A stretch of DNA of 64,000 bases, taken from positions 3,840,001-3,904,000 of the forward strand of contig OZ245365.1 of the NCBI GenBank assembly GCA_965226495.1, written 5' to 3'. Shown in pieces: positions 28,892-39,733 of this stretch. The position numbers and the translations under genes are program-made. The notes under the pieces are model-generated. The model was not told the origin of the DNA. It made no database searches and was given only the letters and a program-made list of their open reading frames with translations. The DNA is from Candidatus Marinacidobacterales bacterium. Its GTDB lineage: Bacteria; Acidobacteriota; Vicinamibacteria; Marinacidobacterales; DATDRI01. The first letter of the stretch is position 1. Every line of letters starts with the position of its first letter.

Positions 28892-30340
28892 TCAAGCTCT
28901 ACGCCTAAGAAAAAACAGCACAAGAATCGTATAGAGCTCGAGCCGTCCCACGATCATCATCAGGGCAAGTAGCAGCTTCGCCAGCCCGGGTAGCGCCGCG
29001 TAGTTCATCGTCGGCCCGACCGCCCCGAAACTGGGTCCTACGTTCCCTAAACACGCCGCGGAAGCGGCGAAAGCGGAAAGCACATCCAACCCCATCATCG
29101 TGAGCAACAGCCCCCCGGCGATAAACAAAACCAAGAAAAGCAAGAAGAAAGTAGTGACCGCAGAGACCACATCCTCCGGAATGGCCTTGCGGCCCACCCG
29201 AAGCGGCAACATGGCGTGAGGTCGGACCATGCGCCGCAGATCGACCGCGACCTTTTTGACCACGATGAGGATGCGCACCACTTTCACAGAGCCACTAGTG
29301 GATCCGGCACAGCCCCCGACGAATATCATGACGAACAGCAAGGCCCGCGAGAAATCCGGCCAAGCATCCCAATCGGCCGTGGCGAATCCGGTCGTGGTCA
29401 CGATGGTGGCCGCCTGAAAGACTGCGAATCGCAGCGCCGACCCCACGCCCTCATAAGCGTTTTGCAGCCATAGATCGGATGCGATGAGTAGCGTCCCCAC
29501 CGCGACGATTCCTATATAGAGCCTGAATTCCGGGTCACGGAGTAGGGGCTCGGGTCGGCCGCGTATCCAGTGAAAGTGAAGGGCGAAGCTGGCACCGGAG
29601 AGCAACATGAAGAAGACCACCACCATTTCCACGGCGGGATTGTCGAACGCGCCCAGGCTCGCATTCTTCGTGGAAAACCCACCGGTGGCCATGGTGCTGA
29701 AACTATGGGTGACCGCGTCGAAGAGCCCGAGACCCAGCACCCTCAAAATGAGAACTTCCGCCGCCGTGAAAAGCATGTAGATGCCCCAGAGCGCTTTTCC
29801 TGTCTGAGCCAGACGAGGCGTCAGCTTTTCCTTGATCGGGCCCGGTGCTTCGGCCCCCAGTAGCTCCATGCCGCCAATCGCTAATTTGGGAAGCACCGCG
29901 ATTCCCAAGACGATGATCCCCATCCCCCCCAACCATTGCGTCAGAGCCCTCCACAGGAGAATGGAGTGAGGCTCACTTTCTACGTCCGGTAGGATCGTGG
30001 CCCCGGTTGTGGTAAAGCCCGAGACCGACTCGAAGATTCCGTTGATAATGAACCCTGGCCCCTTGATGAACACATAAGGAAGGGTCCCCACCATCGTCGC
30101 CACAACCCAAGCCGAGGCCACGAGAACGAACGCTTCGTGTCGTCCAAAGGAAAACTCCTGTTGCTGGACGAACTTCCGTTCCAAAGCAATTCCCGTGACC
30201 GCCGCAACCCCCGCAGAAAGCAAGAAGGCAGCCAGCTCGACCTCTCCATCGAAGTAAGCGACGGCAGCCGGAATGAGCAAGGCTACCGAGAGGACGAGAA
30301 GGAGACGACCGAGAAGGAAGAAGACCCCGCGAAAATTCAT
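28892..30340 (-). CDS. trkH: Trk potassium uptake membrane subunit
   Basis: FESVSGFTTTG, QWLGGMG, ATGGFS, TTTGF, GGCAGSTSG, GNVGP, GRLE. Confidence 0.94.
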   Translation of the reverse strand: MNFRGVFFLLGRLLLVLSVALLIPAAVAYFDGEVELAAFLLSAGVAAVTGIALERKFVQQQEFSFGRHEAFVLVASAWVVATMVGTLPYVFIKGPGFIINGIFESVSGFTTTGATILPDVESEPHSILLWRALTQWLGGMGIIVLGIAVLPKLAIGGMELLGAEAPGPIKEKLTPRLAQTGKALWGIYMLFTAAEVLILRVLGLGLFDAVTHSFSTMATGGFSTKNASLGAFDNPAVEMVVVFFMLLSGASFALHFHWIRGRPEPLLRDPEFRLYIGIVAVGTLLIASDLWLQNAYEGVGSALRFAVFQAATIVTTTGFATADWDAWPDFSRALLFVMIFVGGCAGSTSGSVKVVRILIVVKKVAVDLRRMVRPHAMLPLRVGRKAIPEDVVSAVTTFFLLFLVLFIAGGLLLTMMGLDVLSAFAASAACLGNVGPSFGAVGPTMNYAALPGLAKLLLALMMIVGRLELYTILVLFFLRRRA

Positions 30341-31668
30341 TTAGCGCGAAACATCTTCTCGAGCGCCGGCAGGGCTTTCAGAAGACTGAACACCAATGCC
30401 CGATCACCACGCTGGAAAGTGAAATCGCCACTCGGGACGTGGCGCTCGTCGCCACGTATCACGGCGCCAATGATCGAGCCCTCTGGGAATTTCAATTCGC
30501 GCAGCGGCCCGCAGATGACCGCGCAGTTGTCGGGCACTTCGAACTCCACCACCTCGGCGTCGCCGCTCTCGATCAGGTCCAGGTTCAGAATCTCGCGTGG
30601 GTGAATCATTCGCAAGATTGTACCGGCGGTAACCAACCGCGGGGAGAGCGCGATGTCCACGCGCGCCGCGCGAAGGACGTTGAAAAACTCGGGCCTCTGG
30701 TACAGGGTCACGACCAAGCGGGCGCCGAGCTCCTTCGCGAGAAACGAAGAAATGGCGTTCGCTTCATCCGCCTGGGTGGCGGCGACGAAATAATCAGCGT
30801 TTTGCACTCCTGCCTCCCGGAGGAGGGCCGGATCGGTGGCGTCACCACGAAGCACAAGGGTTTCCGGCGCTTCCGAGGCCAACGCGAAAGCCCGCTTTTC
30901 TTGGCGCTCTATCACCGTCACCTGGATTTTCTGTTCCACTAGCCCCTTGGCGAGCCACTGCCCCACATGGCCGGCTCCGGCGATGACGACGTTGCGTGGC
31001 GGAGCCGACTCCACGCCGATCGCCTGCAAGAACTCCTTGATGGTCTCCGTTTGACCGACGGCATAGATTTCCTGACCCGGCATCAAGATCGTGTCCCCTC
31101 GAGGCACGGTCAGCCGCAGGCCCTGCAACACACCCACGAGAATCCACCCGTCCGGTCCTTTTAGCTCTCTTAACGGTTTGCCGTAAATGTCCACCGACAT
31201 CGAAGGCCGTGCATGAAGGAGCACTAGCTTGTTATCGGCGAAAAAGTGAGCCTTGGTAGCGCCTGGAACTTTCGTTAACCCGAGAATCTCCTCGGCCACC
31301 AAACGTTCCGGATAAAGAGGAATGATCTCTGGATCGGCTTGAAGTAACGGATTCGATCCGTGATAGGGATTCCCCACACGCGCCACGCATCGTTTCGCTC
31401 CCATTTTGCGAGCGGTGAGTGTCACTAGCAAGTTGGTGGGATCATTGTCGGATACGGCGAAAAAGAGATCGGCGTCTTTGACGCCGTGCTCTTCGAGGAT
31501 CGCTGGGTCGCAACCGTCACCGGTAACCGCAAGGACATCAAGCTCGCTTTGCAAACGCTGGACTTTCTCTGGATCGAGCTCGATGACCACGAGGTCATGA
31601 CCTTCTTCTGAGAGCGAGCGGGCGATGTGAAATCCGACTTCGCCCACGCCAACGATGAAGACCTTCAT
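30337..31668 (-). CDS. trkA: Trk potassium uptake NAD-binding subunit
   Basis: Two RCK domains (IVGVGEVG; IAGAGHVG); overlaps the trkH start. Confidence 0.92.
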   Translation of the reverse strand: MKVFIVGVGEVGFHIARSLSEEGHDLVVIELDPEKVQRLQSELDVLAVTGDGCDPAILEEHGVKDADLFFAVSDNDPTNLLVTLTARKMGAKRCVARVGNPYHGSNPLLQADPEIIPLYPERLVAEEILGLTKVPGATKAHFFADNKLVLLHARPSMSVDIYGKPLRELKGPDGWILVGVLQGLRLTVPRGDTILMPGQEIYAVGQTETIKEFLQAIGVESAPPRNVVIAGAGHVGQWLAKGLVEQKIQVTVIERQEKRAFALASEAPETLVLRGDATDPALLREAGVQNADYFVAATQADEANAISSFLAKELGARLVVTLYQRPEFFNVLRAARVDIALSPRLVTAGTILRMIHPREILNLDLIESGDAEVVEFEVPDNCAVICGPLRELKFPEGSIIGAVIRGDERHVPSGDFTFQRGDRALVFSLLKALPALEKMFRAK

Positions 31669-31690
31669 TGCGTGCTCAATAGTAGCATGG

Positions 31691-33016
31691 CTACCGAATC
31701 AAATAGAGCTCGCTTTGTCTCCCGTCGATCCAATGCCAACCATCTTCGAGAAGTGCGGCGTCCTCCTCTAGCGCGAATCGCACTTCCTTGCCATCCCACT
31801 CCGGTACCTCTTGCTTGACGTTGTTCTCAACGGACAGCCAGGTGTTGGCTCGGAAAACAAACTCGCCGATTCCGGGAATGCCGTCCTGATAGTCAGTCAT
31901 GCCGATGGACGCGCCGGGAGCGTGACCGTAATAGCCGATGGGATGGCTATAGATCATCGGGTTGAGCCCTTCCGATTTCGCTTGCGCGAGAGCCGCCTGG
32001 AGAACCTGATTTCCAGTTTGGCCTATGCGAGCCTTCTCCATAATGATGTCCTGAAGTCGATTGCCCGCGCGTTGCCCATCAACCAGTCCGGCAGGCGCCT
32101 CCGATTCACCCGGCAGAAGAACATAAGCGTTGTGCTGCGTATCGGTCGCGAGGCCGAGGTAACGGATACCGAAGTCGCAATGTAGGAAGTCGCCACGTTC
32201 TATCACGTCGTAGCCCGGCTCGCCCTCTTCCGGTAGCTCGCCACGACGCTGGGTGGAAACGGATGGATGAAACCACTGCCCCAACCCGAGCTCCGCGACT
32301 CTTTGCCTCATCCACCACTCGACATCGGCGGTCGTCGTCTGCCCGGGAACGATGACGCGATTCGAAAAAGCCTCCCGAATGATTTGATGCGCCACTCGCA
32401 TGACGTGCCGGTACATGTCCGTCTGCTCGGGCAGCTTCACCTCGATCCATCCCACCGCAAGGTTCTCGGCCGAGACGACCCGGCCCGCATACTTGGGAGT
32501 GAGAGCGTCGATCAATTTTTCGTGTTCGGTAAAGGTCAATCCGTCTCCGTGGTACCAAATGTCCGAGGTATTGATCCCGATGACCTCAGGGTCGCGTTCC
32601 TCGACGACTTGACGAAGTCCCTCCCACTGTTCGTCATTCTTGGTCTTGTGCACTTCGAAGAGGCCCTTGTAGTCGAAGCGCCCAATGGAAAGCCGCTCCA
32701 CAGACTGCTCACCTTCCCGGTCGAAGAAGACGAGGATGGTTCGCCGACGAGACGCATAGGTGGTGAGCGGAGCCATGGATCGAAAAACCGGATCGTCGTT
32801 GTACTCCCGCGACGCGATGATCCACATGTCGATCCCCTCGCGGCGCATGAGTCCTGGTAATAACGTGTCGAATCGTTTTTCGATCCAGCCATGCACGATG
32901 GGCGCCTGCTCACGGTGCGTAAGCACACGATTCTCCCGCAGCGCCTGACTCGCGGCCGCACCAGCGACCATCAGGCTACCGGCGAACACCACGGAAATCT
33001 TCAGCAAATTACACAT
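31691..33016 (-). CDS. Exported M24 family metallopeptidase (Xaa-Pro aminopeptidase-like)
   Basis: Signal peptide, REYNDDPVF, HCDFGI...TDTQ, YSHPIGYYGH, FALEED. Confidence 0.85.
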   Translation of the reverse strand: MCNLLKISVVFAGSLMVAGAAASQALRENRVLTHREQAPIVHGWIEKRFDTLLPGLMRREGIDMWIIASREYNDDPVFRSMAPLTTYASRRRTILVFFDREGEQSVERLSIGRFDYKGLFEVHKTKNDEQWEGLRQVVEERDPEVIGINTSDIWYHGDGLTFTEHEKLIDALTPKYAGRVVSAENLAVGWIEVKLPEQTDMYRHVMRVAHQIIREAFSNRVIVPGQTTTADVEWWMRQRVAELGLGQWFHPSVSTQRRGELPEEGEPGYDVIERGDFLHCDFGIRYLGLATDTQHNAYVLLPGESEAPAGLVDGQRAGNRLQDIIMEKARIGQTGNQVLQAALAQAKSEGLNPMIYSHPIGYYGHAPGASIGMTDYQDGIPGIGEFVFRANTWLSVENNVKQEVPEWDGKEVRFALEEDAALLEDGWHWIDGRQSELYLIR

Positions 33017-33077
33017 GAAAAGCCTCCTGCGGACGATTGCGCGCAGAGTCTAGCACGGTTGAAGTATCCTTCCGCCA

Positions 33078-34403
33078 ATGGGCCCCCCTCTCTATCGCTT
33101 GCTACTTCCCTTGGGCCGCGCGCTAGTTTGGCTCTTCTTCCGAAAAGTGGAAGTACGCGGACGAGAGCACGTGCCTCAGAAGGGCCCCATCGTCGTCGCG
33201 TCGAATCATCCCAACATGCTCATGGACGCCATCCTCCTCGGCACGACCCAACCGCGGGCACTGAGCTTCCTCGCCAAAGCAACCTTGTTCAGCAGTCCCC
33301 TACTGGGACACTTTCTCGCGGCGGCCGGCGTCCTGCCGGTTTACAGGAGAAGCGACAACCCCGAGGAGACCGGCAAGAATGAGCTCACCTTCGGGGCCTG
33401 CTACGAGCTTCTCGAGGCTGGCGGCGCCCTCGCCATTTTCCCCGAAGGCGTCAGCCACGAGCGGCACGCGGTGCTTCGATTGAAGACCGGGTGTGCGCGC
33501 ATTACGCTGGAAGCCGAGGAGCGAAACGACTTCGGCCTGGGCGTCAAGATCCTCCCCGTGGGTCTCTACTTCTCCGATCCTTCCATATTTCGGAGCGACG
33601 TCCTCGTAGCCTACGGCCCCACCATCGATCCGAAGGAGTATTTCGATGGTTATCGCTCCGAGCCCCAAGAGACCGTCCGCGCGCTCACCACCGAGCTCGG
33701 GCGCAAGCTAAGAGAGCTTACGCTCCACGTACCGCAGTCCGGGGACGAGCCTCTCTTGAGCGCCTTGCGCCAGATGTTTCGCGCCGGGGACGGCATGAGC
33801 AGTCGCCTCGAGGTCGATCAAGAGCTCGTCAAGGCCATCAAACACTTCAGCGTCCATGATCCCGATCACTATCGCCGTTTGCGCGAGGACGTGCTTCGTT
33901 ACGTTCGGTTGTTGGATGCCTTTGGATTGGAGCACTCTCAAGTGAAGCGGCGCTACCCAATAGGACCGGTGCTCCGCTACATGCTGCCGAGGGTGGTCGT
34001 GGCAGCACTGGGCCTTCCCGTTTTTCTGTACGGTGGGGTCAACAACTTCTTGCCGTACAAAACACCTGGCTGGCTCTCCCGTCTGGTTACCAAGCACCCT
34101 GTAGAAATCGCGACCGTCAAGTTCGTCGCCGGACTCTTGAGCTTCCCACTCTTCTACGCGCTACAAACCTGGGCGGTGGGTCACTTGGCCGGGCTGGGGA
34201 CAGGCATCATCTATTTGGTTTCACTTCCGGTGACCGGTCTGATGGCTCTCGACTACCAAGAGAGGATGTCCGGCTTTTTCGAAGAGGTGCGGCTCTTCTT
34301 CATTCACCTGTTCAAGCGTGACGAACTAAGCCGGCTCCAGGCGCGACGCGAAGCCATCAAGCGTGAGCTCAGGCTCTACCGCGAGGAATATCTGAGCCTA
34401 TAG
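33078..34403 (+). CDS. Glycerolipid acyltransferase (PlsC domain) with membrane C-terminus
   Basis: NHPNMLMD (HX4D), FLAK, IFPEG, LKTG. Confidence 0.88.
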   Translation: MGPPLYRLLLPLGRALVWLFFRKVEVRGREHVPQKGPIVVASNHPNMLMDAILLGTTQPRALSFLAKATLFSSPLLGHFLAAAGVLPVYRRSDNPEETGKNELTFGACYELLEAGGALAIFPEGVSHERHAVLRLKTGCARITLEAEERNDFGLGVKILPVGLYFSDPSIFRSDVLVAYGPTIDPKEYFDGYRSEPQETVRALTTELGRKLRELTLHVPQSGDEPLLSALRQMFRAGDGMSSRLEVDQELVKAIKHFSVHDPDHYRRLREDVLRYVRLLDAFGLEHSQVKRRYPIGPVLRYMLPRVVVAALGLPVFLYGGVNNFLPYKTPGWLSRLVTKHPVEIATVKFVAGLLSFPLFYALQTWAVGHLAGLGTGIIYLVSLPVTGLMALDYQERMSGFFEEVRLFFIHLFKRDELSRLQARREAIKRELRLYREEYLSL

Positions 34404-34505
34404 CAACTCGAGTAACCAAACGTAACAACCCCTACCTATTACATTCTCGCTGCGCTTTGGGCGACTCTCCCGCCGTCTCTCGAAGGAGGCATCGTTTTAA
34501 AGTAA

Positions 34506-34836
34506 CTACTCGAGCACCTTGCCACGAGTCTCGGGTAGGAACGCTGCCAACGCCGCAGAGAAAAGAAACGCCGCTGTCGTCATATTGAACGCCGTCCCTA
34601 GCCCATAAGTTTTCGCCAGCGTCCCGACCACGAACGGAGCCGCGGCGCTCGCGATGCGTCCAATGTTATAGGTCAATCCCTGAAACGTAGGGCGGAGTGA
34701 AGATTATCCCGATGCCGATGTGCTCCTCTTCGGTCCGTTCTCGCGAGCGAAGCCAAATCTCTGGTTCGGGAACGCTCCTCCGAATCCAAAGTGTGACCAA
34801 GGCGGGAACAATGCCGACGAAGAACACCGCTCTCCG
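34506..34836 (-). pseudogene. MFS transporter remnant (two fused fragments)
   Basis: RAVFFVGIVPALVTLWIRRSVPEPEIW (TM6 and loop) joined out of frame near 34683 to QGLTYNIGRIASAAAPFVVG...PETRGKVLE* (TM11-12). Not in the ORF track. Confidence 0.8.
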
Positions 34837-34979
34837 TTCTGTCAGAAAAAGTGTCCCGCCGTAGGCCTTTCACTACGGCCAATCGGCCTTCGACGCTCAG
34901 TCTCAGCGGTAAGCTCTTACAAAGACTACCTTTGGTCCGCCGCACCCACGGCATAAAGCTTGCACCATTTCCGGCAAGA

Positions 34980-36890
34980 ATGCCGGCCGCACGTCTAACC
35001 AAAGTCGGGAAGTACAACGTCCTATCGGTCTTGGGCCACGGTGCCATGGGCGTCGTGTATCGCGCCGTCGACTCGGGCCTCGGACGACAAGTCGCCATCA
35101 AGGCGATGTCTACCGATCTCCCGCCCGACTCCGAGTTCAGGCTTCGTTTCGTTCGAGAAGCGCGGGCGGTCGCGCAGCTCCAGCATCCCAACATCATTAC
35201 GATCCACGAGCTGGTCGAAGAGGACGGCACGCATTACATCGTCATGGAGCTCCTCGAAGGTGCTTCACTCAGCACACTCATGCGGAAACGACCGCTGGAT
35301 CTGGCGGAGAAGCTCTCCATCCTTCGCCAAATCGCGGCCGGACTCCAGTGCGCGCACGAAGCCGGGATCGTTCACCGCGATCTTAAACCCAGCAATTTCT
35401 TCGTGCTGCGAAACGGTGTCGTCAAGGTCCTAGACTTCGGCGTCGCCAAGATAGGCGAAGGTGAGCTGACCCGCGCGGGGACGGTTTTCGGAACCGTCGA
35501 GTACATGTCACCGGAGCAGGTACGCGGGGAGTCGGTGGACACCCAAGCCGATGTCTTCTCTCTCGGCGTCGTGGCCTACGAGCTTCTCACCGGGCGTAAT
35601 CCCTTCCGAGCCGAGACACTCGCCGCGTCGGTCTTCAAGATCCTTTCCGATGAGCCGGGGAGTATTACAAAGCAAGCCGAAGGTATAACGTCGGGACTGG
35701 AAGACCTCGTCTTTCGCGCCATCGCCAAGAAGACGGCAGCGCGATTCGGGAGCATGGCGGAATTCAGCGAAATCCTGGACGCTGTTGCTCAGGACGCTGG
35801 GGTCGAGCCACGTCCTCCGGTGCTCGCGGATGACGACATCGAGACCGGAAAGGATCTGGTACCGGAGCACGCCCTTACTGCCGATCCGGTCGTCAATCAG
35901 TGGTCGCGTGTCGCCGAGGTCGCCGGGCAACTCGAAGAGGTCTACCAGCGAGGACTCGATCAATTCAACGCTCAGGATTACGAGGGCGCCGTCCTTATGA
36001 TGAGCCAGGTCCTAGACGAAGTACTAGTCCACTCGATGGCGCTTCACTATCTATCTCAGAGCGAAGAGAAACTCCGGCAGAAAAGGTTGGATGAGGGCAA
36101 ACACCAAGAAGCGAAGATCTTGCTGACCGCGATGAGGGACGCACACCGGCAAGGCGCACCCCAAGAGGTCATCGAGATGGTGACCAAGGTCCTCGCGGTC
36201 GATCCAGAATCCATGGAGGCGAGGTGGTACCGGCGCGCCGCGGAAACCAGGCTCACATCTTCGTCTCGCTCACGGGCCGGTTCGGTCGTCTCACCAAGGA
36301 AGGTCCGCAGCCGATTGCAGCAGCAGGCCGCCGCCGACTTGAAACCGACTCTCGTCGTGCCGGCCATGGCTCCCTCCGCGCAGGCGCGCTCTCTCGGTGT
36401 CTGGCTCCTCGGGGGGACGGGCGTGCTCTTCTTGAGTTTGGTAGCGCTCTTCTGGGGCTTCACCGGGAGTCAAGATTCCAAGGCAGCCCCCGTTCCATCG
36501 ACCATTAACTCGCCGTCCAAGGTTCGCGTCTCCGCCTTTGACGACGAGGATGCCGTGATGCTCAATGTGAACCCCAGGAACAATGCTGACGCCACGTCCG
36601 GCCCATCGATCAACAGCGCGCTCCCAAAAGAACTTTCGGTGGGCGTCGAGACGGTTCTACGTGTATTCGGACGGGACTTCGTACCCGGCGCCAGGCTCGT
36701 TTTGATTAAAGGATCGCGAGGGATCGACGTGCTTTCCGTCAACGTGATTAGCGATGAGCTCATCGAGGCCACGCTACGCACTCCAGAGGACGGGGCCGGT
36801 AGGCAGTTCTCCTTGACGGTCTTGAACCCCGAGGGGCGGCGTTCAAACCCTCTTCAGTTGAGCCTCGTCGATCCGATGAGCCTCGATTAG
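34980..36890 (+). CDS. Hanks-type Ser/Thr protein kinase with TPR-like region, TM helix and C-terminal Ig-like domain
   Basis: LGHGAMGVVY, VAIK, HRDLKPSN, DFG, YMSPEQ, DVFSLG. Confidence 0.92.
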   Translation: MPAARLTKVGKYNVLSVLGHGAMGVVYRAVDSGLGRQVAIKAMSTDLPPDSEFRLRFVREARAVAQLQHPNIITIHELVEEDGTHYIVMELLEGASLSTLMRKRPLDLAEKLSILRQIAAGLQCAHEAGIVHRDLKPSNFFVLRNGVVKVLDFGVAKIGEGELTRAGTVFGTVEYMSPEQVRGESVDTQADVFSLGVVAYELLTGRNPFRAETLAASVFKILSDEPGSITKQAEGITSGLEDLVFRAIAKKTAARFGSMAEFSEILDAVAQDAGVEPRPPVLADDDIETGKDLVPEHALTADPVVNQWSRVAEVAGQLEEVYQRGLDQFNAQDYEGAVLMMSQVLDEVLVHSMALHYLSQSEEKLRQKRLDEGKHQEAKILLTAMRDAHRQGAPQEVIEMVTKVLAVDPESMEARWYRRAAETRLTSSSRSRAGSVVSPRKVRSRLQQQAAADLKPTLVVPAMAPSAQARSLGVWLLGGTGVLFLSLVALFWGFTGSQDSKAAPVPSTINSPSKVRVSAFDDEDAVMLNVNPRNNADATSGPSINSALPKELSVGVETVLRVFGRDFVPGARLVLIKGSRGIDVLSVNVISDELIEATLRTPEDGAGRQFSLTVLNPEGRRSNPLQLSLVDPMSLD

Positions 36891-36893
36891 CGC

Positions 36894-38736
36894 TCAATAT
36901 CCCACGGCATGCCCGTTCAGATTGCGGGGAGGGACTCCACCCTCGAGACTGCCGCTTTCGGGATCGAGCCGGATTCCGACCCAATAGCCCGAGAACGAGG
37001 CACCCTTAGGGTCAGAAACGATCTCCAAATCCAAACCCATCTCTTGCACGGCGGCCAGAACCTCTTCGGGAAACTCGCCATCGCCTGACGGTAGCCGCAG
37101 GGGTTCCTCCGCGGGCCAGTTTTTTCTGATCTGCGGTTTTTCCGCCGCCGCTTTGGGATCGAGACCGAAATCAAGGACGTTCACCAGAGCTTGCAAGGAA
37201 GCTTCCCAGTATCCAAAGCCGACCGAGCCGCCGGTCAAAAAAGGCTTGCCATCCTTCAGCACCGCAAACGGGTTGTCCCACTCCGGAACTCGACCTCCTG
37301 GACCCACTTGGCTAATGAGCTCTTGCTGAAACGAACCGGAGTCGGGGATCGAAATCCCGTCCACGAAGATGCCGGTGTTGCCCCAGATCGAGCTGTTGAT
37401 GGAATGAATGATGGCGGCCACGTTACCGTACTCGTCCACGGCTGCCACGGCGGAGGTGTGCCCGGGCTTCTTCGGGACCGTCTTCTTGAAGTTCTTGAGA
37501 AGGCTGTCGAGAGCAGCGCCTTCCTTTTGTCGTGCCTCCGCGGCCACTCGTTGTAGCTCGTTCCAACCGGGCTCCTGCATCCGTTTCCATAAGAGCGCGG
37601 CGGTCTCCTTTTTGATCCTGGATTCCGGCGCGAGGTCGATACCAGGAAAATATCGATCGAGAAGCTCCCGAGGCACGGTGCTTCCCGCCAAGGGGGGACT
37701 CAACAGGTCCGGCAGGCGGCTGATCTGAATGAGCCAATAAAGGGAATCGGCAGATGCGGCGTGATGCCCATGGCTCGGAAGATCGGCAAGCTCCAGGACA
37801 TTGAGGGCCTCGATCGTGTTCACCCCGCCGTAGCTCGGAAGCCCTGGGGCGTAAACTTCGTAGCCGCGGTAGGAAGTTCGAAAGGGCTCCGACCATATGA
37901 CGTCGTAGGCGTCGAGGTCCTCCAGAGTCATCTTGCCGCCTTGTCTGGCCAAGGCCTCGACCAGCTTCGCGGCCCACTCACCTCGGTAGATATAGTCCGT
38001 ACCCTCCTCGGAAACTCTTCGTAGTGTTTTCGCGAGCTCGGGTTGTTTGAAGAGATCTCCCCTCGCATAGAGCTCGCCGTTGTCTTTCGTGAAGATGCGT
38101 TTCGTTGCTGGAAACCGTGTGATCACTTGCTGTCGTTGTTCGATCCTCGACGCCATCTTGGTATCGATCTCGAATCCTTCCTCGGCGAAATAGACCGAAG
38201 GCTCGAAGAGAGTCGCAAAGGGTAACGTTCCGAAACGCAAATGGGGCGGCTGCGACGCCGGCCATGAATCCCGGCACCAGGGTGCCTCGCCCACTGGGAA
38301 CGCCTGGGGATATCGAAAGCGGATCTGTTTCGTCACGGACGGTGTCATACGAGGCGTTCATGGAATGGACCGTCCCGGTCGACGCGTCGTAGTAGATCAT
38401 CACCATCGCCCCGGCGAAACTCACAGCAGCTCCTGCGCCAACCGTAATCTGGGTTAGCGCAGTGGTCATCACCGCGTCCGCGGCGCTCCCTCCCTGTTTC
38501 AACGCTTCGACTCCGGCGCGTACGGCGAGAGCGGAGGAAGTTCCGACCACCATTCCCCGGCGCCCTTCTCCAAGGGGATGCGACTGGTCGTAGGTCTGGT
38601 TCAACTTGATGTATTGCTCCAACTCTCCCTCTAGCCACAGGGCGGGTGAAAGATCGACCGGGCGCGTTGAGTTCAGCCGACAGCTGAGGCTCCAACACAA
38701 TATGAAAACGAGACTCGAGACTTTGAAATGCTTCAA
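36894..38736 (-). CDS. ggt: Gamma-glutamyltransferase (lipoprotein-like), split by a 1-nt insertion near 38244
   Basis: GVEALKQGGSAADA and VPGFMAG in one frame; HLRFGTLPF, QPELAKTL and nucleophile HTSAVAAVDEYGN in the other. Removing one G from the G4 run at 38243-38246 restores VAAAHLRFG. Confidence 0.85.
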
Positions 38737-38944
38737 TGCGTTTTTCCTAATCAGCTTCCAACGTTCATTTCGAGTTGGAAAGACTTTTTTTATCTCCGCT
38801 CACATTCCATGTCAACACGTGCGCTCGAAATCGCTAGCCGTTTTGTCGCGGCTGCGGTTAGAATGCTGCTGGAAACGGCGCACGTCCCTGAAAACCCAAG
38901 CTCAGCCAGAGAAGGTAACAAGCGACAGAAGAAAGGGGCCTGAA

Positions 38945-39733
38945 ATGACGGAAGTGAAGGAATACCTGCCGGGAACTTTTTGTTGGGTCGAGCTCGGCAC
39001 GACCGACGCGGCTGGAGCGAAGAAATTCTACGGCAAACTCTTCGCTTGGTCTCACAGCGACCAGCCCATAGGTCCCGACCTCGTATACACCATGCTGCAA
39101 CTGGAAGAGAAAAATGTTGCCGCGCTGTACCAACTGAACGAAGAACTCCGGGACCAAGGCGTCCCTCCCCATTGGCTATCTTACGTTTCCATCTCTAACG
39201 CCGACGAAACTGCGGCTAAGGTGACTGCCCTGGGAGGCAAGGTCGCAAAGGATCCCTTCGATGTCTTCGACGTGGGACGCATGGCGGTGGTGCAGGACCC
39301 ATCCGGCGCAACCTTCGCGATATGGCAACCCAGGAAACATGCGGGCGCACATATCATCAATCAACCGGGAACGCTTTGTTGGAACGAGCTGATGACGAAC
39401 GATGTCGCCGGCTCCACGAAATTCTATACCGAACTCTTTGGGTGGAAGGCTGACACTCAGAAGTTGGGGCCAGTCGACTACACGACCTTCATGAACGGAG
39501 AGCGGCCCGCCGGTGGCATGATGAAGATCGCCGAAGAGATGGGCGATGTTCCACCGAACTGGCTTGTCTATTTCGCCGTCCAGGACTGTGACGAAACCTT
39601 GAAGAAGGTCGAATCTCAGGGAGGCAAGGTCGCAGCGCCGGCGATGGATATTCCAGAAGTCGGTCGCTTGGCGGTGGTGCAAGACCCACAGGGTGCCTAC
39701 TTCGCATTCATCCGACTCGTGAACCCGCTCTAA
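38945..39733 (+). CDS. Two-domain VOC/glyoxalase family protein
   Basis: PGTFCWVELGTTD, PPHWLSY, VQDPSGA, duplicated as LCWNELMT..PPNWLVYF..QDPQGA. Confidence 0.9.
   Translation: MTEVKEYLPGTFCWVELGTTDAAGAKKFYGKLFAWSHSDQPIGPDLVYTMLQLEEKNVAALYQLNEELRDQGVPPHWLSYVSISNADETAAKVTALGGKVAKDPFDVFDVGRMAVVQDPSGATFAIWQPRKHAGAHIINQPGTLCWNELMTNDVAGSTKFYTELFGWKADTQKLGPVDYTTFMNGERPAGGMMKIAEEMGDVPPNWLVYFAVQDCDETLKKVESQGGKVAAPAMDIPEVGRLAVVQDPQGAYFAFIRLVNPL

Noticed and set aside
38230-38260. Programmed frameshift or natural two-subunit split in ggt
   Set aside because: The break is far from the autoprocessing Thr, has no slippery heptamer, and is repaired by removing one base from a G4 run.
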